Assembly (NCBI GenBank): GCA_949284695.1
Contig: CASDWJ010000005.1
Span: 9,463 to 73,462 of the forward strand
DNA length: 64,000 nucleotides
From: an uncultured Christensenella sp.
GTDB lineage: Bacteria > Bacillota > Clostridia > Christensenellales > UBA3700
Direction of reading: 5' to 3'
Below the pieces are notes generated by a model. It was not told the origin of the DNA and did not search any database. It saw only the letters and a list, made by a program, of their open reading frames with translations. Of this stretch, positions 47,981 through 56,197 are shown in pieces. Made by a program: the position numbers and the translations under genes. Numbering within the stretch: position 1 is the first letter of the stretch; every line of letters begins with the position of its first letter.

Positions 47981-48340
47981 ATGAAGAAATTTATCACAAT
48001 CACATCGATCGTTGTGCTCGCGGTCGTACTCGCAACCATGCTGATGGCATGCACTCCCAGCGAAGAATCGCTCAAGAAAAAATTCAGCGAAAACGGCTAT
48101 GCGGCAACGAGCGTAAGCGCAAGTACTCTCGGTATCGACGAGGACGAAACTCCCATCGAGTACATGTTCCTTGCAGGCACGTTCTCATTGAAGGAAGGTC
48201 TTGACGGCGTATACGTTGTCTGCTTTACGAATTCTGATGACGCAAAGGCATATTATGACAAGATAAAAGAAAGCGAGAATGCCAAGAAGAAGGGCAACGC
48301 AGTCGCTTACGGCAGCGAGGATGCACTCAAATTGTTCTGA
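47981..48340 (+). CDS. Small lipoprotein, paralog 2
   Basis: 119 aa with lipobox LMAC. Shared blocks are SEESLKKKFSENGY, VVCFTNSDDAKAYYD and GNAVAYGSEDALKLF. A strong SD, GAGGAGG, is present. Confidence 0.7.
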   Translation: MKKFITITSIVVLAVVLATMLMACTPSEESLKKKFSENGYAATSVSASTLGIDEDETPIEYMFLAGTFSLKEGLDGVYVVCFTNSDDAKAYYDKIKESENAKKKGNAVAYGSEDALKLF

Positions 48341-48356
48341 TAAGTGAGAAAAAATG

Positions 48357-48385
48357 ACGGACGCGGCGACGCGTCCGTTTTTTTT
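48357..48385 (+). terminator. Rho-independent terminator
   Basis: ACGGACGCG-GCGA-CGCGTCCGT followed by T8. Confidence 0.85.
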
Positions 48386-48490
48386 CGCTTTTCGGGCAGA
48401 CGCCACGCACCTTCGCTTTGCGGATACAACCGAAAAAACAGCCCGACAGAAACGCGCGGGGACGAGTTTGCGGCGATACCCGTTGAAAAG

Positions 48491-48519
48491 TTGCAAGCCG
48501 CCCGAAAACGCGTTATAAT
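48491..48519 (+). promoter_or_regulatory. Sigma-A promoter for lipoprotein paralog 3, with the -10 only 6 nt from the ATG (leaderless candidate)
   Basis: TTGCAA (48491-48496), 17 nt, TATAAT (48514-48519), then AAGATC and ATG 48526. No SD is present. Confidence 0.5.
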
Positions 48520-48525
48520 AAGATC

Positions 48526-48894
48526 ATGAAAAAGAAAAATGCGGCGAGAATAATTCTTTCAGCTATTGTCGCGGCGATGCTTCTCATCGCCTTGGTCGCG
48601 TGCGCCACCGAAGAATCCGCGCTGAAGGAAAAATACGAGCAGGCGGGCTTCGATGCGCAGTCGTTTCCTTTCGCGAGCGCTTCTGTCGACAAAGAACTGG
48701 TCGACTTTGCCTATCACGGTATTAAGAACGCCAATTCTTCCAACGTAGAGCAGGTATTCGTCATCACGTTCAACAGCATCGACGACGCGAGGAACTATTA
48801 CGACGCGCACGTCTCGGATGCGGACAAACCCAACATGATGAGACAAGGCAGAGCCGTGGTCTACGGCAGTAAAGACGCGGTAGCGCTGTATTGA
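48526..48894 (+). CDS. Small lipoprotein, paralog 3
   Basis: 122 aa with lipobox LVAC. Shared blocks are TEESALKEKYEQAGF, VITFNSIDDARNYYD and GRAVVYGSKDAVALY. Confidence 0.7.
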   Translation: MKKKNAARIILSAIVAAMLLIALVACATEESALKEKYEQAGFDAQSFPFASASVDKELVDFAYHGIKNANSSNVEQVFVITFNSIDDARNYYDAHVSDADKPNMMRQGRAVVYGSKDAVALY

Positions 48895-48917
48895 AATATC
48901 GGGCGACAGATTACGGG

Positions 48918-48940
48918 GACGGCTTCAGCCGTCTTTTTTT
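48918..48940 (+). terminator. Rho-independent terminator
   Basis: GACGGC-TTCA-GCCGTC followed by T7. Confidence 0.8.
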
Positions 48941-49005
48941 GTAAAAAATCAGGCTGCGGCGACTTTTTCACAACCGTCCGTGGAGATACAAAACGGCTCT
49001 TTTGT

Positions 49006-49034
49006 TTGACTTGCCGTGCGCTTTATATTATAAT
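49006..49034 (+). promoter_or_regulatory. Sigma-A promoter of the EIIC_2-like gene
   Basis: TTGACT (49006-49011), 17 nt, TATAAT (49029-49034). Confidence 0.55.
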
Positions 49035-49065
49035 TAAATTCTAAAAATATTCTGAGGTTGGTTTT

Positions 49066-50316
49066 ATGCAAACACAAGACAAAAATCTTGCAGAAGACGT
49101 GCAAAAGACAACCCAAGAGGAAGTAGTAGTTTCAAATCCCCCTCAACCCCCGACAAAGGCACAAAAAGTTCGGGCAACGGTCGGTAAAATCGCAAAGCGC
49201 TGGTTTATCGACGCATTTACGGGAATGGCGCAAGGACTGTTCGTCACGCTGATCGCGGGCACCATCGTCAAGACGATAGGTACGCTGATCGGAGACAACG
49301 CGGTCGGCAGATTGTTCACCACGCTCGGTCAGATAGCGTCCGTGCTCATGGGCGCGGGCATAGGCGCGGGAATAGCGAGTCATCTCAAGGCAAGCAAACT
49401 GGTGATATTCGCGAGCATGGTCGCGGGCTTCGTCGGAGCGTTTTCCGACAAGTTCATAGGATCTGCGGCGAGTTTTTCGCCGGGAGTCATGACGGATATT
49501 TCCGCGGTCTTAGGAGCGGGAAGCCCGGGTAACCCGATAGGCGCGTACATAACCGCGCTGGCGGCGACCGAGATAGGCTCTCTCGTCGCGGGCAGGACAA
49601 AACTCGACATATTGCTCGTACCGCTGACCTGTCTGCTCACGGCGCTGGCGTTTTCCTACGTCGCGTATCCGTTCATCTGGCTGATCAATATGCTCGGCAA
49701 AGGTATTGCCGTTGCGACCGAGTTTACGCCCTTCTTTATGGGCATAATCATATCCGTGGTCATGGGCATACTTCTGACCATGCCGACGTCGAGCGCGGCG
49801 ATATGGGTCGCGGTCGCAAGCCCGATACTGTCGGACGCTACGGCGAGCGCGGCGAACGTCGAGGCGATGTATATCGCGGGCGGCGCGGCGGTAGTCGGCT
49901 GTGCCTGCCAGATGGTCGGTTTTGCCGTGATGAGTTTCAGAGAAAACGGCTGGAGCGGCATAATATCGCAGGGACTGGGCACGAGCATGCTTCAGATCCC
50001 CAATATCATGAGAAATCCGCGCATATTCATACCGCCGATAGTCGCGAGCGCGGTATGCGGACCTATAGCGACCTGCGCGTTCAAGCTGAGATGCGGCGCG
50101 TCCGGCGGAGGAATGGGCACCTGCGGCTTTGTAGGCATAATCGACTCTTTCAGCGCGAGCGTGTCGTCCGGCGCGATGGAATGGTGGCTGTTCCTGATCT
50201 GCGTGTTGCTTCTGTTCATAATCCTGCCCGCGGTGATAAGCTGGGCGACAGGACTGTTGCTTCGCAAGGTCGGCTGGATAAAGGAAAACGATTTAAAACT
50301 CGATTACAACAACTGA
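49066..50316 (+). CDS. PTS EIIC_2 family (PfoR-like) polytopic membrane protein; no EIIA/EIIB partner in the window
   Basis: 416 aa. ...KRWFIDAFTGMAQGLFVTLIAGTIVKTIGTLIG... and Gly-rich TM helices recall the PfoR/COG3641 family. The assignment is from memory of the family and was not searched. Confidence 0.55.
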   Translation: MQTQDKNLAEDVQKTTQEEVVVSNPPQPPTKAQKVRATVGKIAKRWFIDAFTGMAQGLFVTLIAGTIVKTIGTLIGDNAVGRLFTTLGQIASVLMGAGIGAGIASHLKASKLVIFASMVAGFVGAFSDKFIGSAASFSPGVMTDISAVLGAGSPGNPIGAYITALAATEIGSLVAGRTKLDILLVPLTCLLTALAFSYVAYPFIWLINMLGKGIAVATEFTPFFMGIIISVVMGILLTMPTSSAAIWVAVASPILSDATASAANVEAMYIAGGAAVVGCACQMVGFAVMSFRENGWSGIISQGLGTSMLQIPNIMRNPRIFIPPIVASAVCGPIATCAFKLRCGASGGGMGTCGFVGIIDSFSASVSSGAMEWWLFLICVLLLFIILPAVISWATGLLLRKVGWIKENDLKLDYNN

Positions 50317-50335
50317 TCGGGTCTTTGGAGGATAT

Positions 50336-52120
50336 ATGCAAGTAAAAAGCAGGGACGAGATCGACGAGAAATACACCTGGAAGACCGAGGACATGATCCC
50401 GGGCAAGGAGGAGTGGGACGCTCTTTACGACAGCGTGAAGAAGGCGATCCCCTCGATAGTCGCTTTCAGCGGTCGTCTCAAGGACAAAAAGAGCATACTC
50501 GACTGTCTCAGGGCGACGACGAAATGCGAGGACGTGCTCGGCAGAATGTTCTGTTACGCGCACATGAAACGCGATCAGGATGTCGGCAACAGCGAGAACA
50601 AGGCGCTTTACGACAGCGTTAAAAATCTGTATATCGGCTATGCCGAGCAGACGAGTTTCGTCACTCCTCAGCTCAGCGCGCTCGACGAGGATTTCCTCAA
50701 AGAGCTCGCTCTCGACAAGGACTTTGCCGATTACGACTATTTCCTCGGGAGACTCATAAAGGACAAAAAGCATACGCTCGGCGAAAAAGAGGAGAGGATC
50801 CTCGCGATGACGGGACTGTTCTCGTCGGTGGCGCAGGAGGCGTTCTCGATGCTCAACAACGCCGACATACGCTTCGAGCCGTTCACGGACAGTAAGGGCG
50901 AGGAGATAAAACTCTCGCACGGCGTTTACAGTCTGATGATGCAGTCTCCATGCAGAGAGGACCGCAAAAAGGCGTTCGAGAGCATGTATCACGCGTTTAA
51001 GAACAATATCAACACGATCGCCGCGCTTTACAACGGCAACGTGCAGAAAAACGTGTTCTACTCGCGCGTCAGAGGTTTTGAAAGCTGTCTTGCGGCATCG
51101 ACTCACGGCGAGGACGTGCCGACCGCGGTCTACGACAGACTGTCCGCGTGCGTGGATGCCAACGTGTCCAAACTGCACGACTACCTCGGTTACCGCCGCG
51201 AAAAAATGGGACTTGACGAACTGCATATGTACGACCTGCACGTGCCGATAGTCGAAGGCGAGGAAATGGGTATGGATTACGAGGATGCATGCGATCTCGT
51301 CGTCAAGGCGCTCGCGCCGCTCGGCGAGGAATACTGCGCGCTTCTCAGAAAGGCATTCGCCGAGAGGTGGGTCGACGTATACGAAAACAAGGGCAAGCGT
51401 TCGGGCGCGTATTCGACGGGCTGTTACGGCTGTCACCCTTACGTGCTCCTCAATTACCAACGTACGACGCACGACGTGTTCACGATAGCGCACGAGATGG
51501 GACACAGTATGCACACCTATTTTTCCAACGAGAACCAGCCGATGCCCAAGGCGGATTATACGATATTCGTGGCGGAAGTCGCTTCGACGGTCAACGAAAC
51601 GCTGCTTCTCAACTATCTGCTTGAGAATTGCAAAGATAAGAAGCAGAAAGAATTTTTGCTGTCCTATATGCTGGATATGTTCCGCACGACGGTGTTCAGA
51701 CAGACGCAGTTCGCGCAGTTCGAGTACGAGGCGCACAGCGCGGCGGAGAGGGGCGAGGCTCTGACTCCCGAGTTCCTGAACGACCTTTACTATAAGCTCA
51801 ATTGCAAGTATTACGGCGGAGACAAGGTCGTCAACGACGATCTGATCAAGTACGAGTGGAGCAGGATACCGCATTTCTATACGGCGTTCTACGTTTACAA
51901 GTACGCGACCGGGCTTATAAGCGCGGTCTGCATTGCCGCGGACATTCTCGAAAAGGGAGAAAGCGCGCTTGTTGACTATATGAAATTCCTCAGCGCGGGA
52001 GGAAGCATGCCGCCCGTAGAGATACTCAAACTGGCAGGCGTAGACCTTAAGACCGACGAGCCGTTTGAAAAAGCGATGAAAATTATGGACAAATATCTCG
52101 AAGAACTCAAGGCTCTTTGA
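50336..52120 (+). CDS. pepF: Oligoendopeptidase F (M3B)
   Basis: 594 aa. It has the HEMGH zinc motif (TIAHEMGHSMH) and a PepF-like N-terminus (RDEIDEKYTWKTEDM). Confidence 0.93.
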   Translation: MQVKSRDEIDEKYTWKTEDMIPGKEEWDALYDSVKKAIPSIVAFSGRLKDKKSILDCLRATTKCEDVLGRMFCYAHMKRDQDVGNSENKALYDSVKNLYIGYAEQTSFVTPQLSALDEDFLKELALDKDFADYDYFLGRLIKDKKHTLGEKEERILAMTGLFSSVAQEAFSMLNNADIRFEPFTDSKGEEIKLSHGVYSLMMQSPCREDRKKAFESMYHAFKNNINTIAALYNGNVQKNVFYSRVRGFESCLAASTHGEDVPTAVYDRLSACVDANVSKLHDYLGYRREKMGLDELHMYDLHVPIVEGEEMGMDYEDACDLVVKALAPLGEEYCALLRKAFAERWVDVYENKGKRSGAYSTGCYGCHPYVLLNYQRTTHDVFTIAHEMGHSMHTYFSNENQPMPKADYTIFVAEVASTVNETLLLNYLLENCKDKKQKEFLLSYMLDMFRTTVFRQTQFAQFEYEAHSAAERGEALTPEFLNDLYYKLNCKYYGGDKVVNDDLIKYEWSRIPHFYTAFYVYKYATGLISAVCIAADILEKGESALVDYMKFLSAGGSMPPVEILKLAGVDLKTDEPFEKAMKIMDKYLEELKAL

Positions 52121-52133
52121 GACGGGGTGAAAT

Positions 52134-53720
52134 ATGGCTAAAACACAGAAGAAAGACGAAGGAAAATCTGCATCGATAGCGCTTCGCCGCACACTGCCGC
52201 ATAATCTCGAGGCAGAGGACGCGGTTCTCGGCGCTTTCCTGACGGACAGCGAAATACTTGCGGAAAATCTGGCAAAGATGACGACGGACGATTTTTATTC
52301 GTCCGCCAACCGCACCGTGTTCGAATGTATGAAAGAACTCGGAGCGAAAAACGTACCCGTAGACATAGTCACCGTTACGGGCAAGCTGGAAAAGGACGGC
52401 AGACTCGAAGAAGCGGGCGGTCTCGAGAGGATCGAAGAACTCGCAGATACGTTGCCTTCTTCCGCCAACTGCGAGTATTACATAAGCATGCTCAAGCGCG
52501 ACGCGCTGATGAGACGCATTATAGGCACGTGTTCGGGCATAATCGACAACGCGTTCACGCTCGACGATGCGCAGAAAGTGCTTGCGATAGCCGAAGCGTC
52601 GATATACGGCATAGGTACCGACAATCAGAGAGGAGAGCTGGTGCAGATAGGAGAGCCTACGCTCGAGGTCGTAGACAAGCTGAGTGAAGTTTTCCGTACC
52701 AAGCGTCCCGCAACGGGACTTATGACGCATTATCGCAATCTGGACAGAGTTACCAACGGCTTTATGCCCGGTCAGATGATAATCCTCGCGGCGCGCCCGG
52801 GTTGCGGCAAGACGTCTTTTGCAATGAGTATCGCGACGAATATCGCAAAATATTCGCCCGAAAAAGTCGTTGCGGCGTTCAACCTCGAAATGTCGTCGCA
52901 GGAACTCGTGCAGAGAATACTCGTCTCTTTGACGGGCATAGACAACACTACGCTTATAAAAGGAGAGGAGACGCACGAAGAATTGCAGAAATTGTTCGAG
53001 GCGCAGAGACTTCTTGCGGAGAGCAATCTGTTTGTCGACGATACGGCGGCGCAGACCGCTGAGGAGATCATGTCCAAGTGCCGCAGGCTCAAGGCGGTGA
53101 AAAAGAGACTGGATCTCGTCATAATCGACTATATGCAGCTCACCAATCCGAGCAAGAACAGAGACGGCAACCGTCAACAGGAAGTCGCGGACACTTCGCG
53201 TTTCCTCAAGATGATGGCGAAAGAACTCAAAGTCCCCGTCATAGTGTTGTCGCAGATGTCGCGAGACATAGAAAAGAGAGAGGACAAAACTCCCATGCTC
53301 GCAGACCTCAGAGAATCGGGATCTATCGAACAGGACGCCGACATGGTATTCTTCCTCAACAACGCGGACGGCGACAACGAAGATACCGTTGAGAAAAAGA
53401 ACGTCAGCCTCATAATAGCCAAGCACCGTAACGGTGCGACGGGCACGATATACTTCGTGTTCGACAAAAAGCACATGCGCTTCTCCGTCGCCGTCAATAA
53501 GAAGCAGACCGACAGCGTGCCCGCGGGCGGGGAAAAAGCTCCCGAAGCAGTCGGAGACCTCGCGGCGGAACTCAACGGAGAGGAGGAATATTACGTCGTC
53601 GACGACGACTACGCGCCCGTCGGAGAGCCGCCTGTCGGAGAGCCTCCCGAGGGAGACGATTACGGGTTTTCCGAACTTCGCGACTCGGCGGATTTCGTAC
53701 CGCCTTCGGACGACGAATAA
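52134..53720 (+). CDS. dnaB: Replicative DNA helicase (DnaB family; DnaC in B. subtilis nomenclature) with an acidic/Pro-rich C-terminal extension of about 75 aa
   Basis: 528 aa. ...LPHNLEAEDAVLGAFL..., Walker A ARPGCGKTSFA, ...VIIDYMQL..., ...LSQMSRDIEKR... The canonical core ends near ...FDKKHMRFS. Confidence 0.93.
   Translation: MAKTQKKDEGKSASIALRRTLPHNLEAEDAVLGAFLTDSEILAENLAKMTTDDFYSSANRTVFECMKELGAKNVPVDIVTVTGKLEKDGRLEEAGGLERIEELADTLPSSANCEYYISMLKRDALMRRIIGTCSGIIDNAFTLDDAQKVLAIAEASIYGIGTDNQRGELVQIGEPTLEVVDKLSEVFRTKRPATGLMTHYRNLDRVTNGFMPGQMIILAARPGCGKTSFAMSIATNIAKYSPEKVVAAFNLEMSSQELVQRILVSLTGIDNTTLIKGEETHEELQKLFEAQRLLAESNLFVDDTAAQTAEEIMSKCRRLKAVKKRLDLVIIDYMQLTNPSKNRDGNRQQEVADTSRFLKMMAKELKVPVIVLSQMSRDIEKREDKTPMLADLRESGSIEQDADMVFFLNNADGDNEDTVEKKNVSLIIAKHRNGATGTIYFVFDKKHMRFSVAVNKKQTDSVPAGGEKAPEAVGDLAAELNGEEEYYVVDDDYAPVGEPPVGEPPEGDDYGFSELRDSADFVPPSDDE
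53616..53645 (+). repeat. Tandem 15-nt repeat inside the dnaB tail, encoding PVGEP-PVGEP
   Basis: CCCGTCGGAGAGCCG and CCTGTCGGAGAGCCT share 13/15 positions. Confidence 0.8.
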
Positions 53721-53738
53721 TATCGCATACCACGGTTT

Positions 53739-53764
53739 ACGGACGGGATTTCCCGTCCGTTTTT
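53739..53764 (+). terminator. Rho-independent terminator after dnaB
   Basis: ACGGACGGGA-TT-TCCCGTCCGT followed by T5. Confidence 0.8.
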
Positions 53765-53819
53765 CATTTGCGGAGCTCGTCGGGCATATACTTGAAAAAG
53801 ACTGTTTACGGAGAAGTGT

Positions 53820-54083
53820 ATGGCTTATATCGACGAACTCAAAGAAAAATTCGACGGCACGTTCAGGGACGGGCTCGCGACCTTTTCGTGCACTCTGTTC
53901 GGTCCCCGCGCGGCGGCGGTTGAGGGTGCGAAAAGGATAATCTATTACGACGACAACTCGGTCAGATTCGCCGTGGGCAGACGGGTGCTTGAAATAAAGG
54001 GGAAAAATCTCAGCATTTCTTCCTGCAACGGCAACGAGTATTATCTCGTCGGAGAGATAGAAAAAGTCGAGGTGTCGCAATGA
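53820..54083 (+). CDS. yqfC: Sporulation protein YqfC (YabP/YqfC family)
   Basis: 87 aa. ...RIIYYDDNSVRFAVGRRVLEIKGKNLSISSCNGNEYYLVGEIEKVE... follows the YqfC pattern. It lies directly upstream of yqfD-phoH, as in Bacillus. Confidence 0.7.
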   Translation: MAYIDELKEKFDGTFRDGLATFSCTLFGPRAAAVEGAKRIIYYDDNSVRFAVGRRVLEIKGKNLSISSCNGNEYYLVGEIEKVEVSQ

Positions 54084-55222
54084 AAGGCGGAAAGATATCG
54101 GCAAGAGCAAAAGGCGTAAATTACGCGGCGTTCATATGCGCCGTCAACAACGCGGGCATAGCGCTTGACTGTCTGAAAAGAGACGGATGCGAGATATATT
54201 TCGTCTGCGACGGCGCGCGCGAACGCGAAGTCGCAAGGATAGCGGCGAGATACGGAATGTTGCTTAAGGTGTGTAAAAGACGTAACGCTACGACGCGCGC
54301 GCGTGCGTTCGTCAGACACGTCGGCGTCTGGACGGCGCTCGCCGCCGTAACGCTTTCTTTTATCGTTGCCCGCTTTTTTGTCTTTTCGGTCGCGGTTGAG
54401 GGGGTATCTCCGGCACGCGCGGCTGAGATATACTCGGTCATATCCGCGGCGGGAATAGACGGTGTCACGGCAAAGAGCGCGATCGATCTCGAACAACTGG
54501 AAAAACTCGTCGCCGAAAGCGCAGACGACCTCGCTTTCGCAGAGGCTTACATAGACGGGATAAAGCTTGTCGTCAACGTCAGGGAGCAGATCCCTCAGCC
54601 CGCGCAAGAAGAAAACGTCGGGGAAATAGTCGCCTCGACGGACGCGATAGTCACGCGCGTCGAGGTCTCGGGCGGTACCGCGCTCGTTAAGGCGGGCGAT
54701 ACGGTCAGAAAGGGGCAGATCCTGATAGAGGACTATATAGTCGTCGGAGATCCGCTCGACCCCGGACACAAGGAGATAGAGACCGTCGCCGAGGGCGACG
54801 TGTACGGCAGGGTCTGGTACGTGCAGAGGCTCAACGTGCCGCTCGTCGTCGAAAAGACGGTCAGGACGGGCAGGGAGTATTCTTCGTCCGAACTTCTTTT
54901 CAACGACAAGGTATTGCTTCCCGCAAAGTCCGCACACGGGTTTGACTCATGGGAACTCGGATGCGTGCAAAAACCGCTCGGGTCCGTGTTGCCGCTCTCT
55001 CTCAACACATACACCTGGTACGAGACCGAGACAGTGCGCGTCGAGGTCGACGAAGCGTATCTCGAAAGCGAAATTTATGCCGCTTTTTCCTCGCTTTTTG
55101 CCACTCTCGACCCTTCCGCGACCGTGCTCACGAGCTATAAATCCCAAAAAAAGGTAGACAATTATTATATAATTATATTATACTATGAAGTAGAGCAACT
55201 CATCGGTTGCAGGGAGGCGTGA
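54080..55222 (+). CDS. yqfD: Sporulation protein YqfD
   Basis: 380 aa with a central TM helix. ...VKAGDTVRKGQILI...GDVYGRVWY... and the C-terminal ...YYIIILYYEVEQLIG parallel B. subtilis YqfD. Confidence 0.7.
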   Translation: MKGGKISARAKGVNYAAFICAVNNAGIALDCLKRDGCEIYFVCDGAREREVARIAARYGMLLKVCKRRNATTRARAFVRHVGVWTALAAVTLSFIVARFFVFSVAVEGVSPARAAEIYSVISAAGIDGVTAKSAIDLEQLEKLVAESADDLAFAEAYIDGIKLVVNVREQIPQPAQEENVGEIVASTDAIVTRVEVSGGTALVKAGDTVRKGQILIEDYIVVGDPLDPGHKEIETVAEGDVYGRVWYVQRLNVPLVVEKTVRTGREYSSSELLFNDKVLLPAKSAHGFDSWELGCVQKPLGSVLPLSLNTYTWYETETVRVEVDEAYLESEIYAAFSSLFATLDPSATVLTSYKSQKKVDNYYIIILYYEVEQLIGCREA

Positions 55223-56196
55223 TTATAGTTACCAGAAAGATAGCCGTTACCGACGTAGCGCCCGTCATGGCGCTGTTCGGTCAGTTCGACGAAAACGTGG
55301 CTTATCTCAACCGCGTGCTGAACGTCAAGGTCAACACGCTCGGCGATTCTCTCAGCGTAATGGGAGAAGAAGCGGACGTGGAACGCGCCGTCCGCGTGGT
55401 CAACGCGTTGCTCGTTCAGGCTGAAAAAGAGAGCAGGCTCGGCAAAGCGACGATAGATCTCGTCATAGAGGCGGTGGACAACGACAGCGAGCACAAACTC
55501 GAGGACGTGACCAAGGTGATCGCACATACCGCCAAGGGCAGACCCATCCGCGCCAAGACTTACGGACAAGCCGTATACATTGAAGCGATAGAGAAAAACA
55601 GCGTTGTTTTCGGCATAGGACCCGCGGGTACGGGCAAGACGTATCTCGCGGTCGCGATGGCGGCGCTCGCGTTCAAGAACAAAGAGGTGGAAAAGATAAT
55701 CCTGACGCGTCCCGCAGTCGAAGCGGGCGAAAAACTCGGTTTTTTGCCGGGCGATCTGGGCGCGAAAGTCGATCCGTATCTGAGACCGCTTTACGACGCG
55801 CTTCAGGAGATGTTCGGGCTTGAGACTTACAACAGGCTCGTCGAAAAGGGAGCGATAGAGATAGCTCCTCTCGCATATATGAGAGGAAGAACGCTCTCCA
55901 ACGCGTTCATAATCCTCGACGAAGCGCAGAACGCTACGCGCGAACAGATGAAGATGTTCCTGACGCGCATGGGCGAGGGGAGCAGGATAGTCGTCACCGG
56001 CGACGTCACGCAGATAGACCTGCCCAGAGACACGATGAGCGGACTTCTGCACGCTTCGCGCATACTCGGCAATATTCCCAAAATAGCGATCATACAACTC
56101 ACGGCAAAAGACGTCGTCCGTCATCCGCTCGTACAGGCGATAGTCGCCGCATACGAAAAGGCGGAAAAGCCGTGCGATAAAAAAGAGGAGAACTAA
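55207..56196 (+). CDS. phoH: PhoH family ATPase
   Basis: 329 aa. GPAGTGKTYLAVA, ...LTRPAVEAGEKLGFLPGD... and ...ILDEAQN... are present. The start is uncertain (TTG 55207 or GTG 55219) and overlaps the yqfD end. Confidence 0.9.
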   Translation: MQGGVIIVTRKIAVTDVAPVMALFGQFDENVAYLNRVLNVKVNTLGDSLSVMGEEADVERAVRVVNALLVQAEKESRLGKATIDLVIEAVDNDSEHKLEDVTKVIAHTAKGRPIRAKTYGQAVYIEAIEKNSVVFGIGPAGTGKTYLAVAMAALAFKNKEVEKIILTRPAVEAGEKLGFLPGDLGAKVDPYLRPLYDALQEMFGLETYNRLVEKGAIEIAPLAYMRGRTLSNAFIILDEAQNATREQMKMFLTRMGEGSRIVVTGDVTQIDLPRDTMSGLLHASRILGNIPKIAIIQLTAKDVVRHPLVQAIVAAYEKAEKPCDKKEEN

Positions 56197-56197
56197 A

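Noticed and set aside
4573-53764. Many terminator stems share an ACGG/CCGT or GGACGG/CCGTCC core (4573, 8341, 43483, 45338, 48357, 48918, 53739). I considered these as a possible REP-like repeat family.
   Set aside because: Only 4-6 nt are shared. The arms, loops and flanks otherwise differ. Each sits at a gene end followed by a T-run, so these are ordinary intrinsic terminators whose similarity reflects base composition.
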